From contig NC_090404.1 in NCBI RefSeq assembly GCF_036365525.1, positions 6,386,001 to 6,450,000 of the forward strand: 64,000 bases of DNA, read 5' to 3'. Below the pieces are notes generated by a model, which saw only the letters and a program-made list of their open reading frames with translations, was not told the DNA's origin and searched no databases. Numbering within the stretch: the stretch's first letter is position 1; every line of letters begins with the position of its first letter. This DNA comes from Heterodontus francisci. Lineage: Eukaryota. Of the stretch, positions 25,240 to 38,790 are shown in pieces. Both the position numbers and the translations under genes were made by a program.

Positions 25240-28200
25240 CCACATTTGCCAGAACAATTCTGCGAAGTTTAGTGATAGGTCGGAAGAGTGGACCGAATTT
25301 AAAGGTCAGAAAAGTGACTAAAAAAATGAGGTGGAAATTAGCATAGAAGAGAAAGCTCCCGAGAAATATAAAGCAGGTAGTAAGAGTTTCTATAATTATT
25401 TGAAAAGGAAAAGAGTAAAAAAAGTGAGCGTCGGTCCTCTGGAGAGTGAATCTGAGGAATTAATAATGGGAAACGAGGAAATGGCAAAAGCGTTGAACAG
25501 ATATTTTTTGTCTGTCTTCAACATAGAAGACACACGTAACATCCGAGAAATGCTTCTAAATCAAGAGGTGAAAGGAAGGGAGGAACTTAAATCAATCACA
25601 ATCACCAGGTAAAAGGTAGTGAGAAAACTATTGGGACTAAATGCTAACAGGTGCCCAGGACATGATGGACTTCAACCTGGGATCTTAAGTGTTTGTGGAG
25701 ATAATAGATGCATTGGTTGTAATTTTCCTAAAATCCCTAGAGTCTCGAAATGTCTCATCAAATTGAAAAATAAAAAAATATATCCCCCCCTCCCCCATTC
25801 AACAAAATATATAGACAGAAAGCAGGCAACTACAGGTCAGTTAGCCGAACATCTGTCTTCGGGAAAATGCGAGAATATATCATTAAGGAAATAATAACAG
25901 AGCACTTAAAAACCTTAATGCAATCAGGAAGAGTCAAAAAGGCTTGTGAAAGGGAAATTGTGTTTATATATAATTTATTAGAGTTCTTTGAGGAAGTAAC
26001 AAGCAACGTGGATAAAGGGAAACATATTGATGTGGTGTCCTTGGGTGACTAAAAGACGTTTTGTAAGGTGCCACATCAAAGGTGACTACACAAAATAGCA
26101 GCTCATCATGTAGGAGTAAAATATTATTGGTTGGCAAATTGGAAACAAGAGTAGGAATAAACGGATCTTTTTCTGAGCGGCAGACAGTGACTAGTGGGAC
26201 ACCGCAGGGATCAGTGCTAGGACCCCAGCGATTCACAATATATATTAATGATATAGATGAGAGAATTAAATGTAATATATCCAAGTTTGCAGATGACACA
26301 AAGCTGGGTGGGAGTGGAAGCTGTGAGGAGGATGCAGAGAAGCTCCAGTGTGATTTGTACAGATTGAGTGAGTGGGCAAATACATGGCAGATGCAGTATA
26401 ATGTGGATAAATGTCAGGTTATCCACTTTGGTGCAAAAGCAGAAAGGCAGATTATTATCTGAACGGCAATAGATTGGGAAAGGGGGAGGTGCAGCGAGAC
26501 CTGGGTGTCCTTATGCACCAGTCATTGAAAGTAAGCATCCAGGTGCAGCAGGCAGTTAAGAAGTCAAATGGTATGTTGGCCTTCATAGCGAGAGGATTCG
26601 AGTACAGGAGCAAGGATATCTTGCTGCAATGATGCAAGGCCTTGGTGAGACCACGTCTGGAGTATTGTGTTCAGTTTTGGTCTCCTTATCTGAGGAAGTA
26701 TGTTCTTTCTATGGAGGGAGTGAGCGAAGGTTCACCAGACTGATTCCTGGGATGGCAGGACTGACGTATGAAGTGAGATTCGGTCGATTAGGCTTGTACT
26801 TGCTAGAGTTTATACGAATGAGAGGGGATCTCATAGAAACCTACAACATTCTAACAGGACTGGACAGACTAGATGCAGGAAGGATGTTCTCGATGGCGGG
26901 GGAGTCCAGGACCAGGGTCACACTCTAAAGATAAGAGGTAAGCCATTTAGGACTGAGGTGAGGAGAGGTTTCTTCACCCAGAGATTGGTGAACCTTTGGA
27001 ATTCTCGACCATGGAAAGCAGTTGAGGCCAAATCATTAAATATATTTAAGAAAGAGTTAGATATAGTTCTTCGGGCTAATGGGATCAGGGGATACGGGGA
27101 GAAAGCGGGAACAGGTTACTGAGTTTGGATGATCAGCCATGATCGTATTGAATGGCGGAACATGCTCCAAGGACCGAATGGCCTACTCCTGTTCCTATTT
27201 TCTATGTTTCTATTAGCTTGGATAAAGGACTGCTTAGCTAACAGGAATCAGAGAGAAAGGATACATGGCTCATTTTCGGGTGAGTGAGCCGTACTAGTGG
27301 AGTGCCACAGGGATCACTGCTGAGGCCTTAACTATTTACAATCTATATCAATAATTTGGATGAATGGACCTAATGTATGGTTGCTAAATTTTCTGACAAT
27401 GCTAAGATAGGTAGAAAAGTAAGTTGCGGTGACATAATGAGTTTAAAAAGGGATTATAGATAGGTTGCCCTACTGGCTAAAAATTGGCAGATGGAGTATA
27501 ATGTGGAAAATGTGTACTTGTCCACTTTGGTAGGAAGAATAGAAAAACGGCATATCATTGAAATAGAGAGAGATTGCAGAACTCTGCGGTACAGAGGGAC
27601 CTGGATGTCTTGGTACATGAGTAACAAAATGTTAGTATGCAGGTACAGCAAGTGATTAGGAAGACAAATGGGATGTTGTAGTTTATTGCAAGGGGAACAG
27701 AATATAAAAGTAAGGAAGTTCTGCTGCAGTTGTAAAGGGCGTTGGTGAGACCACATCTGCAGTACCGTGTACAGATTTGGTCTTCTTACTTAGGAATGGT
27801 CCCTGTGGAAACAGGCAGATAATTATTTAACTCTCGAGTGTGAAATATCAGACTGTAAAAGACATCTTTCATAAAAGAAATAACGACATTGTGTAATGCC
27901 ATTCGGGATCTTAAGACCTCCGCAAGTGCTTTACGGCTGAAGAAGTAATTTTTATGTGGTGGTCCCTGTAGTAATGTAGAAATATTTTTTTCACGGAGGG
28001 ATCTGTAGAATCTTAGAATGGTTACAGCGCAAAAGGAGGCTATCTGGTTTGTCGGATCTGCCCTCACACTCTGCAAGTTTAACTCAGCTATGCCCACCGC
28101 ACTCTCAGGCAGTGCATTCCAGATCCTGACCACTTCTTGTGTAAAGACCTTTTTTACTTCATGTCGCCATTGGTTCTTTTGCCAATCATCTTAAACTGGT

Positions 28201-31200
28201 GTTCTCTGGTTCTCGATCCTTCCAGCAATGGAAACAGTTTCCCTCTGTCCCCTCATGACTTTGAACACCTCCATCAAATCTCCTCTCAATCGTTTCTCCA
28301 AAGAGGACAGCACCAGCTTCTCCAATCTATCCCTGTAATGGAAGTTCCTCACATCTGGAACTATTCTCATAACTTTATTCTGCACACCCTCTATAATGCC
28401 TTCACATCCTTCCTAAGGTGAGGTGCCCAGAACTGAACTTAATACTTCAGTTGAGGTCGAACCAGTGCATTATGCAAGATTATCACAACTTCCTTGCTTT
28501 TGTACTCCATGCCACTATTTATAAGTCCTAGCATCCCGTATGCTCTATTAACCAATCTCACAACCTGCCCTGCCATCTTCAATGATTTGCCCACATCTAC
28601 CTCTGTCCCTTTGCTCTTGCACCCCTTTGAGAATTGTACCCTTTATTTTACATACAAACAGACAAATTAGGAGCAGGAGAAGGTCACTCGGCTCCTCAAG
28701 CCTACTCCGCCATTCAATAAGATCATGGCTGATCTGATCATAACCTCAACTCCACATTCCCACCTACCCCCAATAACCATTCACCCCCTTGCTTCTGAAG
28801 AATCTGTCTACCTGTCTTAAAAATATTCAAAGACTTTGCTTCCATGGCCTTTTGAAGAAGAGAATTCCAAAGACTCACGAACCTCTGAGAGAGAAACAAA
28901 AAAATCTCCTTTTCTCTGTCTTAAATGGGTGACTTATCATTTTGAAGAATTCGCCCTAGATAGAGATTCTCCCACAAGAGGAAACATCCTTTCCACATTC
29001 ACCCTGTTGAGATCTCTCAGGATTTTGCCTGTTTAATCAAGATGCCTCTTACTCTTCAGCACCAGTGGATACAATAATATAAAAGCAAAATACTGCAGAT
29101 ACTGGAAAACCGAAGTAAAACAATAAATGTTGCAAATACTGAGCAGGTCTGGCAGCATCTGCGGGGAAAAAAGCAGACTTAACGTTTCAGATCAGTGACG
29201 TTTCATCAAAACAGGTGGATACAAGAATAACAGGAAGAGGCTGTTTACAGGTAAAGGGACGTCTGGCAAGTGGGAGGCTTTTAAAAGTGAGATCAGAAGA
29301 GTTCGGGGCCGGTATGTTCCTGTTAGATTGAAGGACAAAGCTGTCAAGTTTAGGGAACCTTGGTTGACGAGGGATATTGAGGGCCTGGTCAGGACAAAGA
29401 AGCAGGCATATGTCAGGTATAGGCAGCTGGGATCAATCAAGTCCCTCGAGAGGTATAAGGGATGTAGGAGTACACTTAAGAAGGAAATTAGGAGGGCGAA
29501 AAGGGGCCATGAGATTTCCCTGGCAGATAAGATAAAGGAGAATCCTAAAAGATTCTATAAGTATATTAAAAGTAAAAGGGTAGCAAGGGAGAGAGTAGGT
29601 CCCCTTAGGGATCACTGTGGTAATCTATGTGTGGAGCCACAGGAAATGGGAAAGCTCTTAAATAAGTACTTCTCATCTGTATTTACCCTAGAGAAGGTCA
29701 TGGAAGCTAGTGAGTTCAAGGGAGGGAACAGCGATATCCTGGAGCATATCAGCATTACAAAGAAGGAGGTGTTGGAGGTTTTGAAGCGCATTAAGGTGGA
29801 TTAATCCACAGGGCCTGACCAGGTGTATCCCAGGATGCTATGGGAAGCAAGGGAGGAAATTGCTGGGGCCCTGGCAGAGAATTTTATATCATCGTTAGCC
29901 ATGGGTGAGGCACCGGAAGACTGGAGGATAGCTAATGTTGTGCCTTTATTTAAGAAGGGCAGCAGGGATAAGCCAAGGAACTACAGGCCGGTGAGCCTTA
30001 CATCGTGGTGGGAACTTTATTGGAAGGGATTCTGAGAGACAGGATTTATATGCATTTGGAAAGGCAAGGTCTGATCAGGGATAGCCAGCATGGCTTTGTA
30101 CGTGGGAAATCATGTCTCACGAAATTGATTGAGTTTTTCGAGGAGGTGACCAAGAGGATTGACGAGGGCAGGGCATTGGACGTTGTATACATGGACTTTA
30201 ACAAGGCCTTTGACAAGGTCCCGCATGGTAGGCTGGTCCAGAAGGTTCCAACACATGGGATCCAGGGTGAGTGGCAAATTGGATACAAAATTGGCTTCGT
30301 GATAGGAGACAGAAGGAGGGTTGCTTTCCAGATTGGAGGCCAGTGACCGGTTGTGTGCCGCAGGGATCGGTGTTGGGCCCTCTGTTGTTTGTTATATATA
30401 TTAATGACTTGAATGTAAATGTAGGGGATATGATTAGTAAGTTTGCAGATGACACGAAAATTGGTGGTATAGTGGACAGTGAAGAAGGTTGTCTAAGGTT
30501 ACAACTGGATATGTATCAACTGGGAAAGTGGGCAACTGATTGGCAAATGGAATTCAATGCAGACAGGTGCGAAGTGATGCATTTTGGGAAGTTAAACCAG
30601 GGCAGGATATATACAGTGAATGACAGGGCCCTGGGAAGGGTTGTTGAGCAGAGAGACCTTGGGGTGCAAGTACATAATTCCCTGAAAGTGGCAACACAGG
30701 GAGGCAGGGTGGTGAAGAAGGCAGATGGCATACTTGCCTTCATCGGCCGAGGCAATGAGTTGGGACGTCATGTTACAGTTGTATATCACGTTGGTTAGGC
30801 TGCATTTGGAGTATTGTGTGCAGTTCTGTTCGCCGCACTACAGGAATGATGTGATTAAGCTAGAGAGGGTGCAGAAAAGATTCACAAGGATGGTGCCTGG
30901 TTTGGAGGGCTTACGTTATAAAGAGAGATTGGATAGGCTGGGTCTGTTTTTCCTGGAGCGAAGGAGGCTGAGAGGGGACATGATAGAGGTATATAAAATT
31001 ATGAGAGCATAGATAGGGCAGATAGCCAGAGTCTGTTTCCCATGGGAGGGGTGACTAAAACTAGAGGGCATAGATTTAATGTGAGAGAGAGGAGGTTTAA
31101 AGGGGATCAAAGGGGTAAATTTTTCACACAAAGAATAGTGGGTATCTGGAATGAGTTGCCAGAGGAGGTGGTGGAGGCAGGAACAGTAGTAACATTTAAG

Positions 31201-31960
31201 AGGCATCTGGACAGGTACTTGAAGGAGCAAGGCATAGAGGTATATGGAATTAATGCAGGCAGGTGGGATTAGTATAGATAGGCATTATGGTCGGAAAGGA
31301 CGTGGTGGGCCGAAGGGCCTGTTTCTATGCTATACGACTCTATGACTCTATGACTCTATAAGCCTAGCCTGTCCACTTTTGTCATAAGACAGACCGCCCA
31401 TTGCAGGTATTAGTCTAGTAAACCTTCCCTAAGCTGCTTCCAACACATTTATATCCTTCCTTAAATAAGGAGACCAATACTGTACACAGTACTCCAGATC
31501 TGTTCGCACCAATGCCCTGTATAACTGAAGCATATCCTCCTTACATTTGTATTCATTTCTCCTCACAATGAGCGATAACATTCGATTCGCTTTCCTAATT
31601 ACTTGATGTACCTTTATACTAACCTTTTGCGGTTCATGCACTAGGAGACCCAGATCCCTCTGCATCTCAGAGCTCTGCAATCTCTCATCATTCGCATTCT
31701 ATGCTTCTTTTTATTCTTCCTGCCAAAATGGGCAATTTGACATTTTCCCATATTATACCCCATTTGCCTGATCTTTTCCCACTCACCTAACCTATCTATA
31801 TTCCTTTGTAGCCTCCTTATGTCCTCTTCACAACATATTTTTCGACCAATCTTTGTGTCATCAGCAAATTTATCAACCATACCTTCGGTCCCTTCATGCA
31901 AGTCATTTATATAAATTGTGAAAGGTTGAGGCCCATGCATTAATCCCTTGGCACACCACT
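25240..31960. mobile_element. Cluster of CR1 LINE fragments on both strands
   Basis: RT motifs (QGSVLGP, KFADDTK) at 25240-27790 (+), about 27980-29060 (-), 29235-31358 (+, (TATGACTC)n tail) and 31360-31960 (-). Confidence 0.9.
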
Positions 31961-32019
31961 TAGAATTGAAGGTGGCAGGACAGGTTGAGAAAGCAGTTGA
32001 TGATGCATTTCCTTCATAT

Positions 32020-32412
32020 TCTTTCATGGAACATGGGCGTTGATGGCAAGGCCAGCATTTGGTGACCATCCTTAATTGCCCTTAAACCGAGTGGCTTGTT
32101 AGGCCACTTCAGAGCACAGTTGAGAATCAACCACATTGTTGTGGGTCTGGAGTCACATACAGGCCAACCCAGATAAGGACAGCATATTTCCTTCCGCAAT
32201 GGACATTCGTGAATTAAATGGGTTTTTACGAGAATCGATGATAATTTCATGGCACCAATACTGAAACCAGCTTTCAACTCCAGATTCCCATTAATCAATT
32301 GATTTTAAATTTCAACAGCTGCCGTGGTGGGATTTTAACCCAAGTGCCCAGGACTTTAGACTTGGCTTCAGGATTACTACGCCTGTGATATTATTACTAT
32401 CCCACCATCTCC
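32020..32412 (-). mobile_element. SINE-like derivative of the tRNA-headed LINE family
   Basis: 5' part matches 33290-33580; 3' part matches the LINE tails at 48810-48878 and 43565-43630. Confidence 0.75.
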
Positions 32413-33287
32413 CATAGAGAAAGAGCGATATATTGCCTCTCCTCGTTCATCCCAGAAAACGATTCGCAATATACTTCTTTGCTTCTCACTCTGTCCAAAA
32501 GACACACTGTTTTAAACAGAGGAGAAATTACACAGTTCCGTGACACTTCAGATCTTGGCGAAATGAAATGCCATTCTTAAAACTGGTTTCATTACAATGC
32601 AAAAAACAAAAAAGGAAACTGGGAAAGAAAACAGAATTTTTTGTTTACATTCATGCCCCATTCACTCTACCGACAATTTCCAGAATTTTCGTTGTACCTT
32701 CGCCATCCATGTAACTTAACATGGTTAAATTCGTGAAAACACGTCAGTGATAACATTGTTTTTCCCCAAAATATTTTCAAATGATAAGGCTGTAACAACA
32801 AACTCCATCAAGACATTCTAACAAAATCGGGTTGATCCGTGAGGTTTAGGACCGAGAATTATTAGTGAACTCCAGCTGTTTTGACTAGCTTCGATCAAGT
32901 TGTTTTCCAGCACGTATTGGATTTCTGCTTCTACTTGGGCCTGTTTGTCTAGACTTAAGCAGTAAGGATGTTGCTTTAAGGGAACGGATTTCCTTATATC
33001 CACACCATGTGTGGCTAAGGTTGCACATACTGGCTTATCCCTACAGACCCTTTTAAATGTTGTGAAAAGCCTGCTTAGGTCTTCATGTTATTTTGCCTCT
33101 AATTACAAATGCACGCTGTCCAATTTTCTTTGCCATTCGGTATTTGATAACCTAATAGTTGTAGGTTCAATCTGAGAATTGTCTAGGCCTCTTTCTGCCT
33201 CATCTGCAATATTCTTTTCCTTCTCAACGGCCCCCATTACCTGACATGCCTGTACTGGCTTATCCTCCTCCCTGCAGTGACATTGAT

Positions 33288-34245
33288 GGGGTGATGGTGG
33301 CAAAGTGGTGTTATCACTGGACTAATAGCCCAGAGACCCATGGTACTGATCTGGAGATACAGGTTCGAATCCCACCAAAGCAGAATTTGAATTTAACTAA
33401 TAAATCTGGAATTAAATGCCAGTCTAATGACAGCCATGAAACGATCGTCGATTGTTGTTAAAAACCCATCTGGTTCACTAATGCCCTTTACGGAAGCAAA
33501 TCTGCTGTTCTTACGTGGTCTGGCTCCAGACCCACAGCAATGTGGTTAACTTTCACGTGGCCTAACAAGCCACTCAGTTGTACCTAACCGCTACGAAGTC
33601 AATAAAAAGGAATTAAACCGAACGGACCACACGGCATCGACCTAGGCACCGGAAACGACAATGGCAAGCCCAGCCCTGTTGACCCGGCAAAGTCCTGCTT
33701 ACTAACAACTGGGGACTTGTACCAAAGTTGGGAGAGTTGTCCCACAGACTAGGCAAGCAACAGCCTGACATAGTCATACCCAAGGAATTGTACCTGACAG
33801 ACAATGTGCCAGACGCTGCTATCACTGTCCCTGGGTATGCCCTCTCCCACCGGCAGGACAGATCCAGCAGAGGTGGCGGGACAGTGGTCTACAGTAGGGA
33901 GGGAGTTGCCCTGGGAGTCCTCAACATCGGCTCCAGACCCCATAAAGTCTTATGGCATCAGGTCAATCATGGGCAAAGTAACCTTCTACTGATTACCACC
34001 TGCTGCCCTCCCTCAGCTGATGAGTCAGTACTCCTAAGTGTTGAATACGACTTGAAGGAAGCACTGAGGGTGGCAAGGCCACAAAATGTACTCTGGGTGA
34101 GGGACTTCAATGTCCATCAACAACAGTGGCTCGGTAGCACCACTAAAGACCGAGCTGGCCGAGTACTAAATGAGATAGCTCCAAGACTGGGTCTGCGGCA
34201 GATGGTGGGGGAACCAACACGAGGGGAAAACATACTTGACACAGA
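33288..34245 (+). mobile_element. 5' part of a second LINE family: tRNA-like head followed by AP-endonuclease ORF
   Basis: A box TGGCAAAGTGG (33298), B box GGTTCGAATCC (33362); ORF QQPDIVI...RQDRSSRGGG...DFNVH...PTRGENILD. Confidence 0.8.
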
Positions 34246-34585
34246 TGGCACAGTGGTGCAGTGGTTAGCACCGCAGCCTCACAGCTCCAGCGACCCGGGT
34301 TCAATTCTGGGTACTGCCTGTGTGGAGTTTGCAAGTTCTCCCTGTGTCTGCGTGAGTTTCCTCAGGGTGCTCAGTTTCCTCCCACATGCCAAAGACTTGC
34401 AGGTTGATAGGTAAATTGGCCATTATAAATTGCCCCTCGTATAGGTAGGTGGTAGGAGAATATAGGGGCGGGGGGGATGTGGTAGGAATATGGGATTAGT
34501 GTAGGATTAGTATAAATGGGTAGTTAATGGTTGGCACAGACTCAGTGGGCCGAAGGGCCTGTTTCAGTGCTGTATCTCTAAATCA
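34246..34585 (+). mobile_element. HE1-type V-SINE, full length
   Basis: Nearly identical to the reverse complement of 15598-15962; partial copies at about 13722-13830 and 57670-57855. Confidence 0.9.
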
Positions 34586-37185
34586 AAGCAAAAATTCAAA
34601 TCAAAATCATCAGCAATTTCCACTGGTTGCCTAGCTTTCAAAATTTTCAGGTTATCTGCATGAGTTCTCACTACTGAAGGAATTGAATTTTTAAACTCTT
34701 CCAACAGAATAAATTCTCTAAGGTTCTCATATGCGGTTTTCACCTTCAATGCCCATACCCAACGGCCAAAATTAATTTGCTTCACCCTCTCAAGTTCCAC
34801 ATATATCTGCCCTGCCAATGTCCGTAAGTTCCGAAACTTCTGATGGTAAGCTTCAAGGACTAACTCTTATACAGCGAGAATAGCCTTTTTTGCTATCTCA
34901 TAATCTGCAGAAGCCTCTTCAGGAAGCATGGCATAAAGTTGATGAGCTCTGCCTATCAACCTGCGTTGCATAAGCAGTGTCCAATTTTCCTTCGACCATT
35001 TCATTCGTTTGGCTATTCTTGCAAAATATATGAAAATGCCTCTACGTCCCTTTCCACAAACTTAGAGTTGTAAAAATTTAAACAACTTTTCGCTGGGTTT
35101 GGGCTGAATTCAGATTCTTCCTGACCCCAATTTTCCCTGGAGTCAAGTGTGATATAAACAGCGACTAGGTCTAGTGTAATAGAAACAAAGACACGCTATA
35201 GTGAAATATCAGCAGAGACTTAATTTAGTCTGAGGCAATGGAAATAGAGACACAGTTTAATAACTGAAAGAATAGGTAGTGCAATACAGAGTGAAAGAGA
35301 GATGGTATAGTGCAGTAGCTGAGACAGAATCTTGTATAATACACTAAGAGACACAGTCTTCCACTTTTAAAACTGAGCCATGGCCATAGAAACATCACTA
35401 GAAATAGGGTCGAGTGTAATGTAAACAGGGTCGAATGTGATGCAATGTAATGTGCACTACTGGACCATGTATATCTTTATATTACATTAGGCCTTGTACT
35501 AGGCCATAGACTACTCCAGTAGAAAAATGATCATGCTAATCTTTTGAAAAGTACCGGTAGGCCTCAACTGGAGTAATGTAACAATCCCCCAGAGATGAAC
35601 TGGGATTGAGGGACAGGACTAAAGGTGAGCAATAGTGCACTGCACTTTACACTACTTAGTGACAAACTGTTATGTTAACGTTTACTAATTCACTCTTGTG
35701 TTGTTACTGTTGTACTGTGATAATTGCTCACAGTTTATTTTTATTGTTAAGGGATTTTTTTTTTCCTGTAGAATTTTCTAATTAGCCTTTGTCTGACCCA
35801 CTGAATGTGTCAGACAGCACAGCAGTTTGGGCTGCCACAGGGCCCAAACGTCCACCGAATAACATAACTCTCAGCTGCTATATTGGAACAACATTGCTCT
35901 TTCATTAAAATTACATATGAATAATAACAATAAAAAGAAACAAAATTACCCTGTCACAAAAGTCTAACTTGATTAAGATATATGTTAAAGACTAATTCCA
36001 GTCAAGAGTCCCATCATGAGTGCATATCCTCATCCCTTCATCAAGCTCCTGTTAAAAGATTTTTAGAGAAAGGCACGAATGAGTTCAAGAACTAATTTGC
36101 CCTGCATCTCAGGGATTGTAGCCTGAACGAAATGAACAGCAATACTGAGACAAGGGGTGTTTCTCACTGTCCTTCAATCCAACACCAGAATAACTCTGCC
36201 ATTCGGGGAATTGTACTGTAATATTCAAATATTTATCAGGTAACCCAGAACTACACAATAATCCAAAGGCGATGGGGACAAAGTCCGCCATTTCTCTACA
36301 AAAGCAATTCACTGGACTGTAGATCGTTAAAGAACTGGAGATCATTAATGGATTGTGAAAGATCATTCGCTTGGGAGTGGTGAAAGGCTTCAGAAACGCT
36401 GATGCATCGAGAGACAGCAATCGGTTATTAATTGTTTGAGAAAGTTGATGGTGGTGGACCTATCAATTGGTTGGAACCATCAATGGATTGAGAAACAACT
36501 AATGTTTGGGAAACTCGAGGAAGGACAAAAATATTAAGAAATATAATTTGCTTTGAATATGAAACCTGATTGACCCCTCCACCTTGTATAAGAGGGAAAT
36601 ACCTATTGATCCAGAAAATTGATCCGTCCATCTGTTTCTGTTAGCTGATGCAGAGCAGTTTGTTACTCCTGATAGCAGGATAATGACCGAGAATTGTGCA
36701 CAAATCAGATTAATAATCTTAGGTTATGGAAGAGAATTTCTCATCCAAGGGGGAATGGGTCCATCGAGTATTGATCGACTCGGCGTCATTCCCCTAAAAC
36801 ACATCACCAATTACACCTCAACATTAATAATACATTTTGCAGGGCCTTGGTACATCCGGAAAAAGGGTTCGCAGCAGAAATTTGTGTGAAAAGTAATTAC
36901 TGAATATTGACATACTGGCATCTTATTGGAGGCATTATATCCACACAGCAGTGTTCCCCAACACTAAACAAGTCTAACAAAGAAGTGCAACCGGTGCATC
37001 AGTTCATTTATCCACCCATCAGTCTGCTCATCGGCCCTTTCAACAAAACATTCAGACATCCAACTATCCATTCATGCTTGCATCGCTGCGTGCATCTCTC
37101 CATCCACACAAACAAGCATATTTATCTATTTCATAATGTACACTCTCTGTCGGCCCGCCTCTCTGTCTGTCTATCTATCTATCTA

Positions 37186-38790
37186 CAGGCCAGTTAGCTT
37201 AACATCTGTCTTGGGAAAACATTAGGAGCTATTATTAAAGATGCTATAGCAGGGTAGTTAGACAAAAATCAGGATAATCTGACAGAATCAACATGATTTT
37301 ATGAAAGGGAAATTATATTTAACCAATTTATTGGAGTTCTTTGAAGAAGTAAAACATGTGCTGTGGATAAAGGGTAACCGGTGGATGTACTGTACTTAGA
37401 TATTCAGAAGGCATTTGATAAAGTGCAACATCAAAGGTTATTGCGCAAAATAAAAGCTCATGGTGTAGAGGGTAACATATTGGCATGGATAGAAGATTGG
37501 CTCGCTAACAGGAAACAGAGAGGAGGCAAAAATGAGTCATTTTCTGGTTGGCACGATGTAATAAGTGGTGTGCCACAGAGATCAGTGCTGGGGCCTCAAC
37601 TTTTAACAATTTATCTAACTGACTTGGATGAAGGAACCGAAGTACAGTTGCTAAATTTGCTGATGACACAAAGATAGATAGGAAAATAAGTTGCGAAGAG
37701 GACATAAGAAGGCAATAAAGGGATAGAGATAGGTTAAGTGAGCGGTAAAAGATCTGGCAAATGGAGTATAATGCGGGAAAATGTGAAACTTTCCATTTTG
37801 GCATGAAGAATACAAATGAAGAATGAAATAAAAGCAAGATGCTGCAGATGCTGGAAATCTGAAATAAAAACAGGAAGTTTGGGAAATTCTCAGCAGGTCA
37901 GGCAGCATCTCTGGAGACAGAAGAAAAGTTAATGTTTCAGGTCTCTGATGACCTGAAAATTTAACTCTGCTTCTCTGTCCACAGATGCTGCCTGACCTGC
38001 TGAATATTTCCAGTGTTTTCTATTTTTATTTTTCAAAAGAAGCATATCATCTACATGGTGAGAGACTGCAGAGCTCTGAGATGCAGAGGAATCTGGGTGC
38101 CTGGTCAATGAATCGCAAAACGCTAGTATGCAGGTACAGCAAGTAATTACGAAAGCTAATAGAATGTTATCATTTCTAGCGAGGGGAATTGAAAACAAAA
38201 GTAGGCTGATTATGCTTCAGTTATGCATGGCATTGGTGAGACCACATCTGGAGCACTGTGTACAGTATTGGGCTAATAGCTGGAATGGAGGCGAGAGGGG
38301 GTGGGGTGGGAGCGGTGGGGGTTGGTGGTGGTGGGGGGCGATTGTCTTATGAGGAGAGGTTGGACAGGCTAGGTTTGTATCCGCTGGAGTTTAAAAGAGT
38401 AAGAGGCGACTTGATTGAAACATATAAGATCCTGAGGGGTCTTGAAAGGGAAGCTATGGAAAGGATGCTCCCCCTTGTGGGAGGATCTAGAACTAGGCGT
38501 CACTGTTTAAAAATAGCACATTTAAGACAGAGATGAGGAGATGTTATTTTCTCTCAGAGGGTCGTGAGTCTTTGGAACTCTCTTCCTCAAACGGTGGTGG
38601 AAGCAGAGTCTTTGAATATTTTTAAGGTAGATAGATTCTTGATAAGCAAGGGGATAAAAGGTTATTGTAGGTAGACGGGAACGTGGAGTTGAGGTTACAG
38701 TCAGATCAGCCATGATCTTTTTGAATGCTGGAGCAGGCTCGAGGGGGCGAGTGGCCTACTCCTGCACCTAATTCGCATGTTTGTATGTTC
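37186..38790 (+). mobile_element. CR1 fragment inserted in the (TCTA)n tract of the ghost cluster
   Basis: [10 protein letters not shown] and [11 protein letters not shown] motifs; flanks align with 7235-7280, where the tract is uninterrupted. Confidence 0.85.
37826..38035. repeat. Foldback repeat, probably Penelope-like terminal repeat
   Basis: AAAAGCAA-A-TGC-GATGCTGGAAATCTGAAATAAAAACAG...CAGCAGGTC arm followed by its reverse complement; other copies at 29078-29210 and 55755-56065. Confidence 0.6.

Larger units (their letters stand above)
32815..35120 (-). mobile_element. Gypsy (Gmr1-like) LTR-retrotransposon relic, interrupted by later insertions
   Basis: Gag/SCAN-like ...YENLREFILLEEFKNSIP...VEIADDF at 34590-35120; RT N-terminus PLKQHPY...EAEIQYVLENNLIE...WSS...KPHGSTRFC at 32818-33003. 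Confidence 0.8.

Noticed and set aside
34246-34320. tRNA-like sequences here, at about 15890-15962 and at 33298-33378
   Set aside because: SINE or LINE heads, not tRNA genes.
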